Shown: positions 37,176 through 47,204, numbered from the stretch's first letter. The stretch: DNA of 64,000 nt from Bryobacterales bacterium (GCA_963813465.1 CAWEZD010000017.1:3956-67955); one strand, 5' to 3'. Translations and numbers: made by a program. Notes: generated by a model not told the origin, from the sequence alone.

Positions 37176-37559
37176 ATGGCCTCATCCAAACTCACCAAAC
37201 TCGAGCTCCAGATCATGGAGACCTTCTGGACCCAGGGCGCTTGCTCCGTTCGCGAAGTTCAGGAGGCGTTCCCCGAACCTGGCCGGCCCGCCTACACGAC
37301 CGTGCAGACCACCGTCTATCGCCTGGAGCGCAAGAAGGCGCTGCGCTTGGTCAAGAGGATCAGCAACGCCAATATTTTCGAGGCGGCCATCTCCCGCAAC
37401 GACGCCCAACGTCGCGTGATCGACGAGCTGCTGGCGTTGTTCGGAGGCCGGGGCAAGCCGGTGATGGCCCACCTGGTCGAATCCGGCAGCCTCACCTTGG
37501 ACGACGTGAAGGAAGCCGAACGGGAACTGCGCAAACTCGCGAAAAAGGATAAACCGTGA
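37176..37559 (+). CDS. BlaI/MecI/CopY-family transcriptional repressor
   Basis: LTKLELQIMETFW..SVREVQEAF..AYTTVQTTVYRLERKKAL is the typical wHTH of this family. The stop overlaps the next start (GTGA). Confidence 0.9.
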   Translation: MASSKLTKLELQIMETFWTQGACSVREVQEAFPEPGRPAYTTVQTTVYRLERKKALRLVKRISNANIFEAAISRNDAQRRVIDELLALFGGRGKPVMAHLVESGSLTLDDVKEAERELRKLAKKDKP

Positions 37560-39148
37560 CCCAAACGAATCTGCTAAATCATCTCTGGCAATCGACGCTG
37601 TTCGCCGCAGCGGCGGGGCTACTGACGCTGGCGCTGAGGAAGAATCGCGCGCCGGTGCGATATTGGCTCTGGTTCGCCGCATCGGTGAAGTTCCTGATCC
37701 CGTTTTCGCTGCTGGTGACGATCGGGAGCCAATTTGAATGGCGAGCCGCTCCAGCGGCCGCGCCGGCTCAATTCTTTTCCGTGGTGAACGAGATCAGTCA
37801 GCCCATAGCTCTGCCAGCGCAATTGCCTCGACCGGCAAAAGAGCCGGAGGCGCCGACCGTTCTGCTCGGCCTGTGGCTGTGCGGCGTGTCGGTTGTTGCC
37901 TACGCCTGGGCGCGCCAGTGGCTGCGCGTCCGAGCCGCCCTGCGAGTCGCCTCGCCGTTGCATCTAACCCTGCCGATTCGGGCAATGTCCTCGCCGGCGC
38001 GTCTCGAGCCAGGCGTCTTCGGGGTCTTCCGGCCCGTCCTCCTGCTGCCGGAAGGCATCACGGATCGTCTGACTCCTTCGCAGTGGAACGCGATCCTGGC
38101 TCACGAGCTATGTCACGTCCGCCGCCGCGACAACCTGACCGCGGCTATTCACATGGCGGTCGAGGCGATCTTCTGGTTCCATCCCCTCGTCTGGTGGATC
38201 GGCAAGCGCCTGGTCGATGAGCGCGAGCGTACCTGCGACGAAGAGGTTCTGCTCGCGGCCGGCGATCCGCAGGACTACGCCGAAGGGATTCTCAACGTTT
38301 GTAAGCTGTACGTGGAATCGCCGCTCGCGTGCGTCTCCGGCGTGACCGGGTCCAATCTGAAGAACCGCATCCGAGCCATCATGACCGAGCGCGTCGCGGG
38401 CGATCTGAACTTCGCCAAGAAGCTGGTTCTTACTGCGGCTGGGATGGCTGCTCTCGCGGCGCCTATTGGAGTTGGCATCCTGCACGCTCCCCGACTTCTT
38501 GCTCAATCGAGGGCCCGGTCACCGGCGCCGCAGATAGTTGCCCAACCGGCTGTTTCGCAACCGGCCGTTCCCCAGCAAAGATTGGCTCCGCAGATCTTGG
38601 CTCAGAATCAGCCGCGGCCGGCGCCCGAAACACCTAAGCCGCTACCCGATTTGCCGGATCTGGCCCCGGTCGATGACGCGTACGTCATTGGACCAACGGA
38701 TGTTCTCTACATCAGTGTGCTCCGAGACAAGGATTATACCGGCATTTATCCTGTTCATCCGGACGGTATCATCACCATCCCGCTTGTTGGCGAGATCAAG
38801 GCAGACGGTCTTACGAGACGCCAGCTCGCGAAGCAATTGACTGAGGCGCTCTCGCAGTTTATGAAAGACCCCGAGGTCTCCGTGACGCCGTACGATGTCC
38901 GCAGTAAAAAGTACACGGTGACGGGCCAGGTGAAGCGCCCGGGCCCGTATCCGCTCACTCCTCCCATCACGGTATTTGAAGCCATCAACGACGCCGGTGG
39001 ATTTGCGGACGGCTTCTCCAATCAGAAAGACATTTTGATCCTGCGCGGCGGCGAAACGTTCCATTTCAACTACAGAACTTATATACGAGGCGAGAACCGC
39101 GATCAGGACATCACACTGCAAAACGGCGACACGATCGTCGTGAAGTGA
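37556..39148 (+). CDS. BlaR1-type M56 sensor-protease fused to a C-terminal polysaccharide-export (Poly_export/SLBB-like) domain
   Basis: TM segments plus HELCHVRRRDN (HExxH) of peptidase M56. The C-terminal ~160 aa YVIGPTDVLYISV..VHPDGIITIPLVGEIKADGLTRRQLAKQL..KYTVTGQVKRPGPYPL..TVFEAINDAGG..LQNGDTIVV matches the Wza-like soluble domains. Confidence 0.85.
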   Translation: MTQTNLLNHLWQSTLFAAAAGLLTLALRKNRAPVRYWLWFAASVKFLIPFSLLVTIGSQFEWRAAPAAAPAQFFSVVNEISQPIALPAQLPRPAKEPEAPTVLLGLWLCGVSVVAYAWARQWLRVRAALRVASPLHLTLPIRAMSSPARLEPGVFGVFRPVLLLPEGITDRLTPSQWNAILAHELCHVRRRDNLTAAIHMAVEAIFWFHPLVWWIGKRLVDERERTCDEEVLLAAGDPQDYAEGILNVCKLYVESPLACVSGVTGSNLKNRIRAIMTERVAGDLNFAKKLVLTAAGMAALAAPIGVGILHAPRLLAQSRARSPAPQIVAQPAVSQPAVPQQRLAPQILAQNQPRPAPETPKPLPDLPDLAPVDDAYVIGPTDVLYISVLRDKDYTGIYPVHPDGIITIPLVGEIKADGLTRRQLAKQLTEALSQFMKDPEVSVTPYDVRSKKYTVTGQVKRPGPYPLTPPITVFEAINDAGGFADGFSNQKDILILRGGETFHFNYRTYIRGENRDQDITLQNGDTIVVK

Positions 39149-39193
39149 CACCCCAAGCCGAAAGCGCGTTATGATTCCAACTATGGAGGGATC

Positions 39194-40042
39194 ATGACTC
39201 GCCGGAAACTGCTCGCCGCGGCATGCGCCGCGGTTATCGGACCCATCGCGATTGGATTGCTGAACCCGCCTGTAAGCCTTGCGCAGGCGCCGAACAGCTT
39301 CAGCGGACTCCAAACGTCGGCCTCGAAGGTATTCGATGTGGCCACGGTGAAGTTGAATCCATCCGGAGATGCGGGATGGCAGCTCGGCCCGCCGGGGCAT
39401 GGCAGCGTAACAATCAAGAATCTGCAATTGCATCGGATCATCGCCTCTTCGTTTCGAGTTCAAGACTCCATGGTCTTCGGGCCGGGCTGGCTGGACGACA
39501 CCCGCTACGACATCGTCGGCAAGGGACCGGACCCCAATGCCTCCAATCCTGAAGTGTGGGAGATGATGCGCTCGCTCTTGGCGGAACGGTTCAAGCTGAA
39601 ATATCACATCGAGAGCCGCGAGTTCTCCATCTACGCTCTTACTGTGGCCAAGGGCGGACCGAAGCTCAAGAACGGGGAAGACGGACGGTGCGCCGCGGAC
39701 ATCAAGGCCGGGAAAACTTGTGGCGACATCATATTTCCGCCCTTTGGGGCGGGAATCTACAACATGCCCATCGGGGCCTTCATCGGCGGGCTGGCGCGCA
39801 CCCTGCAAGATCGTCCGATCGTGGATAAAACCGGATTGACCGGCAAGTACGACATCACCGTTACGTGGATACCCGATGGTATGAAGCCGGAAGACTTGGA
39901 AAAGATCCCCAAGGAGCAACGCCCGGAGGACCTGTCTCTGTTCCAGGCCGTGGAGAAGCAGGCCGGGCTCAAGCTGGAAGCGACCAAAGGGCCGGTACAG
40001 GTGGTCGTGGTCGACGGCATCGAAAAACCTTCGGAAAATTGA
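39194..40042 (+). CDS. TIGR03435-family (Acidobacteria soil-associated) secreted protein
   Basis: GGAGGG RBS and a signal. FDVATVKLNP, LLAERFKLKYHIESREFSIYALTVAKGGPKLK, IVDKTGLTGKYDITVTW and AGLKLEATKGPVQVVVVDGIEKPSEN match my recollection of this family. Confidence 0.75.
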   Translation: MTRRKLLAAACAAVIGPIAIGLLNPPVSLAQAPNSFSGLQTSASKVFDVATVKLNPSGDAGWQLGPPGHGSVTIKNLQLHRIIASSFRVQDSMVFGPGWLDDTRYDIVGKGPDPNASNPEVWEMMRSLLAERFKLKYHIESREFSIYALTVAKGGPKLKNGEDGRCAADIKAGKTCGDIIFPPFGAGIYNMPIGAFIGGLARTLQDRPIVDKTGLTGKYDITVTWIPDGMKPEDLEKIPKEQRPEDLSLFQAVEKQAGLKLEATKGPVQVVVVDGIEKPSEN

Positions 40043-40239
40043 CTTCCCAAATTCGCCGAAACTATTTTTTTCGCGCCTCGATTTTCCCTGCTCTCAACAA
40101 CCTGGCGTTTTCGCGCGCTGCCGCATAAGGGACTCACCCCTTAACTTGTAGACAAGAGTTCGGTAGTCTCGTCGAATTCCGGATCACGAAAGCGTGGCGG
40201 TCCTAGGACACCCCGCGCGAGCGTAAAGGGGCGAGCCTT

Positions 40240-40272
40240 GGCCGCTGTGGTACAGCGGTCCTTTTCTCGTTT
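40240..40272 (+). terminator. Candidate intrinsic terminator
   Basis: GGCCGCTGT-GGT-ACAGCGGTC stem (9 bp including one G-U) followed by CTTTTCTCGTTT. It lies ~200 nt after the stop at 40042. Confidence 0.3.
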
Positions 40273-40362
40273 GAGGGTTATCAAGCGTAGGAGAGGGTCC
40301 TCTCCGATCTTTGACAATTGTGGCTGGTGGAGCGCAGCGCACACTTGAAGTGTATCGCGCGC

Positions 40363-40909
40363 TCACCGCTTCCGCCGCCGGATCGCCCCCAAACCCAGCA
40401 GCGCCACTCCGATTCCCGTCAACGCGGCTGTCGTACTGAGTTCGATAAAGAACGCGAAGTGCTGGTGATCCGCGGTCTCCTCGACGTTGCTCGCGCTGAC
40501 CGAGGATTAGACTTGGCCCCATCCGTCCGTCGAGTACAGCGCAAACTTGCCGCCGTGATCCCTCCCAATACGGTGAGCGTCACCGTTCCCGTGGCGTCGC
40601 ACGTGACGTCGTTTACGCTGCCTCCACCCGGAGTGGCCAAGTATTGCAGACCTTGGAACGACGGGTCGTTCATCAGCATGTACCCAACATTCATGTCCGG
40701 CCCGTCCCCGGACGGGTTGTCCCAGAACACGGTTCCCAGCGTGGGCGTCAGGTTGTTGAACACCCCGCCCGGCGCGTCGATTCTCACATTGCCGGTGATC
40801 TCGAAGATCACGTCGTTGAAATCGCCGTTCTTCTCGAATCCCGCGCTTCCGTGTCGCGGCCATGCCCACGGGCGCGGCAGCCAGCCAGACCGCTACTAAC
40901 GTATGTCAT
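40363..40909 (-). pseudogene. Secreted protein with PEP-CTERM-like tail, multiply frame-broken
   Basis: The pieces lie in three frames: MTYVSS.. / VAVWLAAAPVGMA (signal-like) / GSAGFEKNGDFNDVIFEITGNVRIDAPGG..GTVTLTVLGG / ..IELSTTAALTGIGVALLGLGAIRRRKR-stop. The tail frame has an in-frame TAA. Confidence 0.4.
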
Positions 40910-40927
40910 GAAATGGTTTGCGTTACC

Positions 40928-41452
40928 ATGACTCTTTTAGCGCACTACCGACCGACGTACTGGACCTTCCGTCGGTACAATAAAACGTACATGCAGCTTT
41001 GCGATATCTTTCTTCGCCTTGGGGACGAGAATTTCCAGCAGTTGATCCGCACGGTTTCCATTGGCCGCCTGAAGACCTACCAGCTCTTCGACCGCGTGAA
41101 GACGCGCCTCTATCTGAACAAGCTGAACTCCGAGACCCTGCGCAAGGCCACTCCGCGCATCTGGGCTCGCATCGGCCAGCACGATGACGAGTTCGCGGCC
41201 GAGCTCGGCCAGGCCATCCTGATTTCGCACCTGGAAATGATCCGCGCCGTGCTGGATCATCTGGGCATTCCGCACGAAGACGGGTTCTTCGCCAAGGATG
41301 CGGACATCGCGAAGTATTTGAAGGAAGGCTGGCAGCAGGAGACGTGGGACAAGTTCCGCGCCTCCTACTCCGCTCCGGCGCTGCTATTCTATATCAATCA
41401 TCTCGCCTGGGAAATCAACAAGGCCGAGGAAGTTTTTCAACCGGCCGCCTGA
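40928..41452 (+). CDS. Hypothetical protein
   Basis: 174-aa ORF from ATG 40928 with coding-like composition. I recognise no motif. Confidence 0.55.
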   Translation: MTLLAHYRPTYWTFRRYNKTYMQLCDIFLRLGDENFQQLIRTVSIGRLKTYQLFDRVKTRLYLNKLNSETLRKATPRIWARIGQHDDEFAAELGQAILISHLEMIRAVLDHLGIPHEDGFFAKDADIAKYLKEGWQQETWDKFRASYSAPALLFYINHLAWEINKAEEVFQPAA

Positions 41453-41465
41453 CCCGGCACAGCCA

Positions 41466-42023
41466 ATGAACGAACTGTACGAAGCCGTCCGCGCCCACGA
41501 TCAAGCGCGCGTCCAAGCCATCGTCGCCGCCGATCCTGCTCTTGCGATCTTCGCCGCCTCCATGCAGGGTGACACGGCGCGCGTCGAGGAATTCCTCGCC
41601 GCCAATCGTTCGCTCATATCCGCCGTGAGTCCCGATGGCTGGACGCCGCTACATCTGGCCGCCTTCTTCGGCGCTGCCGACACCGCTCGAGCGCTGCTCA
41701 ATAAGGGCGCTTCACCCGCGGCGCGATCCACCAACGCCATGCAGAACCTGCCTCTGCACGCCGCCGCCGCGGGCCGCCATGCGAGCCTGGTCAAGCTGCT
41801 CATCGAGCACGGCTCGCCCGTCGACGCCCGCCAGCACGGAGGCTGGACCGCTCTGCACGCCGCGGCGCAGAATGGCGATCTCGCCATGGCCGAGATTCTG
41901 GTTTCCGCCGGCGCCGACGTCTCCGCCAGAGCCGAAAACAACCAGTGCGCTCTGGATCTCGCCCTCACCAAGGGCCAGCAGCAGATGGTCGAATTTCTGG
42001 AAGCGCACGGGGCACGTTTATGA
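41466..42023 (+). CDS. Ankyrin-repeat protein
   Basis: Repeats DGWTPLHLAAFFGAADTARALLNKGASP, LPLHAAAAGRHASLVKLLIEHGSPVD, GGWTALHAAAQNGDLAMAEILVSAGADV. Confidence 0.85.
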   Translation: MNELYEAVRAHDQARVQAIVAADPALAIFAASMQGDTARVEEFLAANRSLISAVSPDGWTPLHLAAFFGAADTARALLNKGASPAARSTNAMQNLPLHAAAAGRHASLVKLLIEHGSPVDARQHGGWTALHAAAQNGDLAMAEILVSAGADVSARAENNQCALDLALTKGQQQMVEFLEAHGARL

Positions 42024-43057
42024 ACGACGCTGTGAGCGAAGCCATGAACGGCCTGCATCGGGCCGCCTTAGCCCAGCTCGAAGCCGCTTCAACCCTTGAA
42101 GCCATTGAAGCCGCGCGTGTCGAATTCTGGGGCCGCAAAGGCAAGCTCGCCCTGGCCAGCAAGGAGTTCGGAAAGCTCTCGCCGGAGGAGCGCGCGCGCA
42201 ATGGGAAGCTCCTCAACGAATACAAGCAGGAGTTCGAAGCGCTGCTCGAGCGGCGCAAGGCTCGCTTTGAATCCGCGGCTCTCAACGCCCGCATGGAATC
42301 GGAATGGGTCGACCTCACCACGCCCGCTCCCGGCATTCGTCCGGGCAGTCTGCATCCGGTCACGCAGGTGCAGAAGGAGCTCGAAGACCTGTTTCTCTCG
42401 CTGGGTTTCACCATTCTCGACGGTCCCGAGGTTGAAACCGAATATTACAATTTCGACGCGCTCAACATTCCTTCTCATCACCCCGCGCGCGACATGCAGG
42501 ACACGTTTTGGCTGAACGACGGCCGCCTGCTGCGCACGCACACCTCGCCGGTGCAGGTGCGCGGTCTCGAAAAGCTCGGGCCGCCGCTCAAGATGATCGC
42601 GCCCGGCCGCGTGTTCCGCAATGAGGAAGTCGACGCCTCCCACGAGCACACCTTCTATCAGCTCGAAGGCATGATGGTGGACCGCGATGTCTCCGTCGCC
42701 CATCTCATCTATTTCATGAAGACGCTGCTCTCGGCAATTTTCCATCGCGACGTGACCGTCCGTCTTCGTCCCGGCTATTTCCCCTTCGTCGAGCCGGGCT
42801 TCGAGCTCGATATCCAGTGCCTGATCTGCGGCGGCTCCGGCTGCCCCGTTTGCAAGCATTCGGGTTGGGTGGAACTTCTTCCTTGCGGCCTGGTGAATCC
42901 CGCGGTTCTGCGCTATTCGGGCGTCGATCCGGAGCAGTGGAACGGCTTCGCCTTCGGCCTGGGTCTGACGCGCCTGGTGATGATGCGCTACGGCATCGAC
43001 GATATTCGCTTGCTCATGAGCGGAGATCTGCGTTTTCTGAATCAATTCCGAACATGA
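42020..43057 (+). CDS. pheS: Phenylalanine--tRNA ligase alpha subunit
   Basis: Class II aaRS motifs [46 protein letters not shown]. The start ATG 42020 overlaps the ankyrin gene stop (ATGA). Confidence 0.95.
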   Translation: MNDAVSEAMNGLHRAALAQLEAASTLEAIEAARVEFWGRKGKLALASKEFGKLSPEERARNGKLLNEYKQEFEALLERRKARFESAALNARMESEWVDLTTPAPGIRPGSLHPVTQVQKELEDLFLSLGFTILDGPEVETEYYNFDALNIPSHHPARDMQDTFWLNDGRLLRTHTSPVQVRGLEKLGPPLKMIAPGRVFRNEEVDASHEHTFYQLEGMMVDRDVSVAHLIYFMKTLLSAIFHRDVTVRLRPGYFPFVEPGFELDIQCLICGGSGCPVCKHSGWVELLPCGLVNPAVLRYSGVDPEQWNGFAFGLGLTRLVMMRYGIDDIRLLMSGDLRFLNQFRT

Positions 43058-45054
43058 AGTTCTCCTATCATTGGTTGCGCGATCTCGTCGAGGGGCTAAA
43101 CGCTTCGCCGGCCGATCTCGCCCGCCTCATCACCCTCAAGACCGCCGAATGCGAGGGCGTGGAATCCCATGGCGCCGACTCCGTCATCGAGGTCGATAAC
43201 AAATCGCTCACCCACCGTCCCGATTTGTGGGGGCATCACGGCATGGCTCGTGAAGTTGCCGCCATCACCGGGAAGAAGCTGATCGATCCCGTGAAGCCGC
43301 GCGCTCTCGGCGGCTCGCGCGCCGTTCACATCGATATCGAAAACTTCGAGTTATGCCCGCGCTACTCCGCCCTGGTGTTTGAGAACGTAACTGTGAAGGC
43401 GTCACCCGCGTGGCTGGTGCAACGCCTCGGAGCCGTCGGCTTGAACGCCATCAATAATATCGTCGATGTCACCAACTTCGTCATGGCGGAGATCGCCCAG
43501 CCCATGCACGCCTTCGACGCCGACAAGCTTCAGGGCGGCACGATTTTTGTTCGCTGTGCCGCCGCTGGTGAGGAGATCGCCACGCTCAATGGCGAAAGCT
43601 ACACGCTCGACCCTTCAAATCTCGTCATCGCCGACGCGAAAGGAGCCATCGCACTCGCTGGTGTAATCGGAGGCGCAGGCAGCGCCATCTCGGATTCGAC
43701 GACGCGCATCGTTTTAGAAAGCGCGAATTTCAACGCCACCAGCGTGCGCAAAACCTCGTCCCGGCTGAAACTGCGCACCGACGCTTCCATGCGCTTTGAA
43801 AAGGCGCAGGACCCGGTCAACACCGTGCGCGGCCTGGAGCGTGCGCTGGAGCTGCTCGAACAAGTTTCGCCCGGAATCCGGTTGTTGGGCGGCTTGGCCG
43901 ACGCTTACCGGCCCTTGCCCACGCAGCCGCCTGTTTTGTTGCCGATGGATTGGCTGGACCGCAAGCTGGGCCGCGCGATTCCCCCGGCGGAAGTTCGCGC
44001 CATTCTGGAAGCCCTCGAATTCAAGGTCGAAGAGATCGACCGGCGCACGTTCTCGGTCTTTGTGCCAAGCTGGCGCGCCACCAAGGACGTTTCCATCAAG
44101 GACGATCTGGTGGAGGAAGTCGGCCGCATGATCGGCTACGATTCCATTACTCCGGTTGCGCCGCTGGCGCCTGCCCGAGTCCCGCCCGCGAGCCCGCGGC
44201 GCGAGTTTCACCACCACATCCGCGAAATGGCCGCGGCGCAAGGCTTCACCGAGGTCTACAACTATTCGTTCTTGAGCGACGACCAGGCGCGGGCGTTCGG
44301 ATTCGATCCCGCGGGCTGCGTCCAGGTGGCCAATCCCATCGCCGCCGGGAACAACCTGCTGCGCCCCAGCCTGCTTCCGTTGATCTGGAAGAACCTCGGC
44401 GATAACGCCCGCCACTTCGACGAGTTCCGCTTGTTCGAAATCGGGCGCGAAATCCGTCCCGACAGCGAGACGCCTCATTTCGCCGCCGCGGTTTTTTCAA
44501 AAAATGACGGCGCGAAAGACGACGGTCTTACGGGCCTGCTCGAACTGAAGCGTCTGGCGGAGTGCCTCGCGCCCGGCATCGCCGTGCGGCCTTTGCGAGA
44601 CACCCAGCCTTACCAGCATCCGCATCGCTCCGCGGAAGTCTTGTGCGGTGAAACAGCCGTCGGCCGTCTCTTCGAGTTTCATCCCAGCATGGTCGACACC
44701 GGCCGAGCTGCGGTGCTCGATCTCGATCTCGTGCTGCTCGAAAAACTTCAACCTGCGCCGGCGCGTTACCAGCCTCTGCGCCGCTTCCCAGACAGCGCCT
44801 TCGATTTATCGGTGGTTGCTCCAGCGCGTGCGCTGGTCGGCGATGTTCAGGCGTTGCTCGCGAGTCACGCCGGCGCGGATCTTCTGTCGATCGTCTTCCA
44901 GCGCGACTTCGCGCTCCCCGATGGCCAGCGCAGCTTGTCTTACCGGCTCACGGTGGGGGCTTCGGATGGCACTCTTTCCTCGGAAGAAGTCGGCGCCATT
45001 CGGGCGCGCATCATCGATGGCATGCGCGAAGCCGGCTACGACTTGAAAGTGTAA
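43054..45054 (+). CDS. pheT: Phenylalanine--tRNA ligase beta subunit, short form (666 aa, no OB-fold tRNA-binding domain)
   Basis: [34 protein letters not shown] and B3_4/B5/FDX-ACB-like regions. The ATGA overlaps the pheS stop. Confidence 0.95.
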   Translation: MKFSYHWLRDLVEGLNASPADLARLITLKTAECEGVESHGADSVIEVDNKSLTHRPDLWGHHGMAREVAAITGKKLIDPVKPRALGGSRAVHIDIENFELCPRYSALVFENVTVKASPAWLVQRLGAVGLNAINNIVDVTNFVMAEIAQPMHAFDADKLQGGTIFVRCAAAGEEIATLNGESYTLDPSNLVIADAKGAIALAGVIGGAGSAISDSTTRIVLESANFNATSVRKTSSRLKLRTDASMRFEKAQDPVNTVRGLERALELLEQVSPGIRLLGGLADAYRPLPTQPPVLLPMDWLDRKLGRAIPPAEVRAILEALEFKVEEIDRRTFSVFVPSWRATKDVSIKDDLVEEVGRMIGYDSITPVAPLAPARVPPASPRREFHHHIREMAAAQGFTEVYNYSFLSDDQARAFGFDPAGCVQVANPIAAGNNLLRPSLLPLIWKNLGDNARHFDEFRLFEIGREIRPDSETPHFAAAVFSKNDGAKDDGLTGLLELKRLAECLAPGIAVRPLRDTQPYQHPHRSAEVLCGETAVGRLFEFHPSMVDTGRAAVLDLDLVLLEKLQPAPARYQPLRRFPDSAFDLSVVAPARALVGDVQALLASHAGADLLSIVFQRDFALPDGQRSLSYRLTVGASDGTLSSEEVGAIRARIIDGMREAGYDLKV

Positions 45055-45059
45055 CGCGC

Positions 45060-45654
45060 CTACTTCACTTGTAAACCGTATTCGGCCAGCGGTTCGGATG
45101 ACTGGGCATACAGTCTAACCCGGTACCTCCCCGCGCTCAGGCTCCTGGGGAAATGAGCGGACAGCCTGCCGTCCGCGGCTCTCGCCGGACCGCTCCAGAT
45201 CGATTCTCCCGTGGACGTCGCCACTTCGAGACGATATTGCGCTGCGGGAGGAATATTGGTCGCGGGAATCGATAGATCCAGGGGTTGGCCTGCGGCCGCC
45301 TGGTTCACTGCAACTCCGGCCCTTCCGTGGAAGGACGCGAACACGGCCGAAGCCGGCCAACCGTGAGATGGATGCCAGGTCAGGACCGCGATGCAGGTTG
45401 CGGCCAGGGCTCCCGCGGTGGCCAGCACGGGCCGGTTGCGAGGAACCTTCAACGGGCGGGACATCGCGAACTTCATCAGGCGAATATATTCGTCCGTCTG
45501 CGCGAGCGCCGCCTGACAACGTTCGCAGACCAGGATGTGTTCCTCCAGCACCTCCGCTTTCGCGCCGCTGAGAACGTCCAAAAACGTATTCCTCCAGGAC
45601 GCTTTCGTCGGGGTGGTCGAGGGAAACAAGGCTGATTTCCACAGGGATCTCCAA
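45060..45654 (-). pseudogene. Membrane-anchored zf-HC2-type anti-sigma factor, frame broken in a T5/A5 run (45580-45584)
   Basis: LDHPDESVLEEYV in one frame joins LDVLSGAKAEVLEEHILVCERCQAALAQ in the other if one T is removed. A TM segment VLATAGALAATCIAVLTW follows. The span is 595 nt (3n+1). Confidence 0.7.
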
Positions 45655-45711
45655 AAAGCTACGCCTCGCGATCAGGAGCAGGGCGGGCGTGCCGAATCGG
45701 TACTCGGTTCC

Positions 45712-46497
45712 TTAGTGGAACAGATCTCCGGAAGTTCTCAAGAAAACTGCCTGAAGAGTTTTCTGAGCGAGCTTCTTTCTGCCCAGTTCCCCGAAACGGG
45801 CTTTGGCGCGGGACTTGAGAAGGCGGAACTGCGTCTCCGTCAAGGACATCTCCGTGCAGATCTGATCCTGACCTTGCTCGTTTAAGTAGAACCGTGTCAG
45901 GATTTCCCGGTCCCTGTCGGGCAGTTCCCCGAGCACTCTTTGGATCAGCTCGGCGCGCTCCCGGAAAATAGCGCTTTCCTCGGGGTTTTCCCGAGGATCG
46001 GCCACCCGCACGGTGGAATCCAGATCCACCTGTTCGCGCCGATTATGCACCACCTTGTCGATGTGCGCGGCCACCTGGCGGCGCACGATCGTGCGGACAA
46101 AGCCCATCAATCGTTCCGGTTCGCGAAGTTCACCGCGGCGGATGGCCTGCACCACTACAACGAAGGTGTCGTGGACCTTGTCGTCCAACTCCTGCGGCCC
46201 CAGTTGACGGCACAAATAGAAACGGATTCCTTTTGAGAAAAGCTGATACAGTTCCTCCATACTGCCGGATTCGCCGGACTTAATGCGCTCGACCAGCGCC
46301 ACCCAGCCGGCATAAGCTTCGGGGGAAACCGCATCCGGGCCGCCGCCTCCGGCCGCGGCATTCCCAGAGTCAAGGATTGGGTCCATGGCTGGGTCCGGCA
46401 GCGGCCCGGCGCGTACTTCGGGCCCGGGAGCGGCGCCTTTAGCAGACGGTAAGTTATTGCTGTCGCTGGAGTTGATGGGTTGGTCGGAAGGGTTCAT
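45712..46497 (-). CDS. ECF-type sigma-70 family factor with a low-complexity N-terminal extension
   Basis: Region 2 DDKVHDTFVVVVQAIRRGELREPERLMGFVRTIVRR and region 4 LPDRDREILTRFYLNEQGQDQICTEMSLTETQFRLLKSRA. An anti-sigma gene lies immediately downstream. Confidence 0.85.
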   Translation of the reverse strand: MNPSDQPINSSDSNNLPSAKGAAPGPEVRAGPLPDPAMDPILDSGNAAAGGGGPDAVSPEAYAGWVALVERIKSGESGSMEELYQLFSKGIRFYLCRQLGPQELDDKVHDTFVVVVQAIRRGELREPERLMGFVRTIVRRQVAAHIDKVVHNRREQVDLDSTVRVADPRENPEESAIFRERAELIQRVLGELPDRDREILTRFYLNEQGQDQICTEMSLTETQFRLLKSRAKARFGELGRKKLAQKTLQAVFLRTSGDLFH

Positions 46498-47204
46498 CGC
46501 GCGTAACGACCCCCAGTCGGCAGCTCGGATCTCCAACCCGGGTCGGTGAAGTTGCAAATGGGATCTCCAACGGCCGGGAAGCTGTTGAGAGGAAGAGGAG
46601 AAAGACTCTCTGGCAGTAGCGCCCCCGCAATCACTTGCAAGGAGTGCCTCGCTTGCGCTCGCAGTGGCCCGTATCGCGCCGTGTAAAGCCGTCCATTGAT
46701 GTTGTCAACATCTATCGTTCCCGCCCGCCGGAGTTCCCGCTCGCCTAATCCGAAACTCAGGAGTATTTCGAAATTGCTTAGCCTGTGGTGAAAATGAATA
46801 AGTGAAGCATTACCCAGGAAATTCTCGGTCTTAATACGCCAGGACACTAGCCCTGCCCGAGCCCCCATTTTGGTAAGTCCCACTTTGAGACGCTCTGCCG
46901 CTTGCGCCGAGCCGGGCTCGGTGGTGCGGGACGTGCTGTGGGTTGGGATATCGTGGTTCGCGAAATCCCCTGCGGGGGCCGGTGCTCGTGTGGCCTGGCG
47001 AAGCGCTAGCGCTTCCTGTGTTCCCCACCAGCCAGAACCTGGCAGTCTGGTGCGGATGGAAGCTGCCGGCCATGCAACCACCCAAAACGTGAGGACCAAC
47101 GCCAAGCCCCTCGAAAAGGGAGGCATTGCTGTCTTTGGTCCGCTAGCATAGTAGCAGCTATTTCTGTATAAGCCAAGGACTAAGTGAATGGACCTAACTG
47201 GAAG

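Noticed and set aside
41945-43053. Upstream extensions of the pheS (from 41945) and pheT (from 42817) ORFs
   Set aside because: The extensions overlap the preceding genes in other frames. Conserved N-termini begin at 42020 and 43054 with ATGA coupling.
46494-47126. 210-aa minus-strand ORF. I also checked this spacer by eye for tmRNA, RNase P RNA and SRP RNA signatures.
   Set aside because: The ORF has no recognisable motifs and runs into the sigma gene. I found no GAGGAAAGUCC (RNase P), no tRNA-like CCA end or tag ORF (tmRNA), and only a loose resemblance to the SRP GGAAGCAGCC core.
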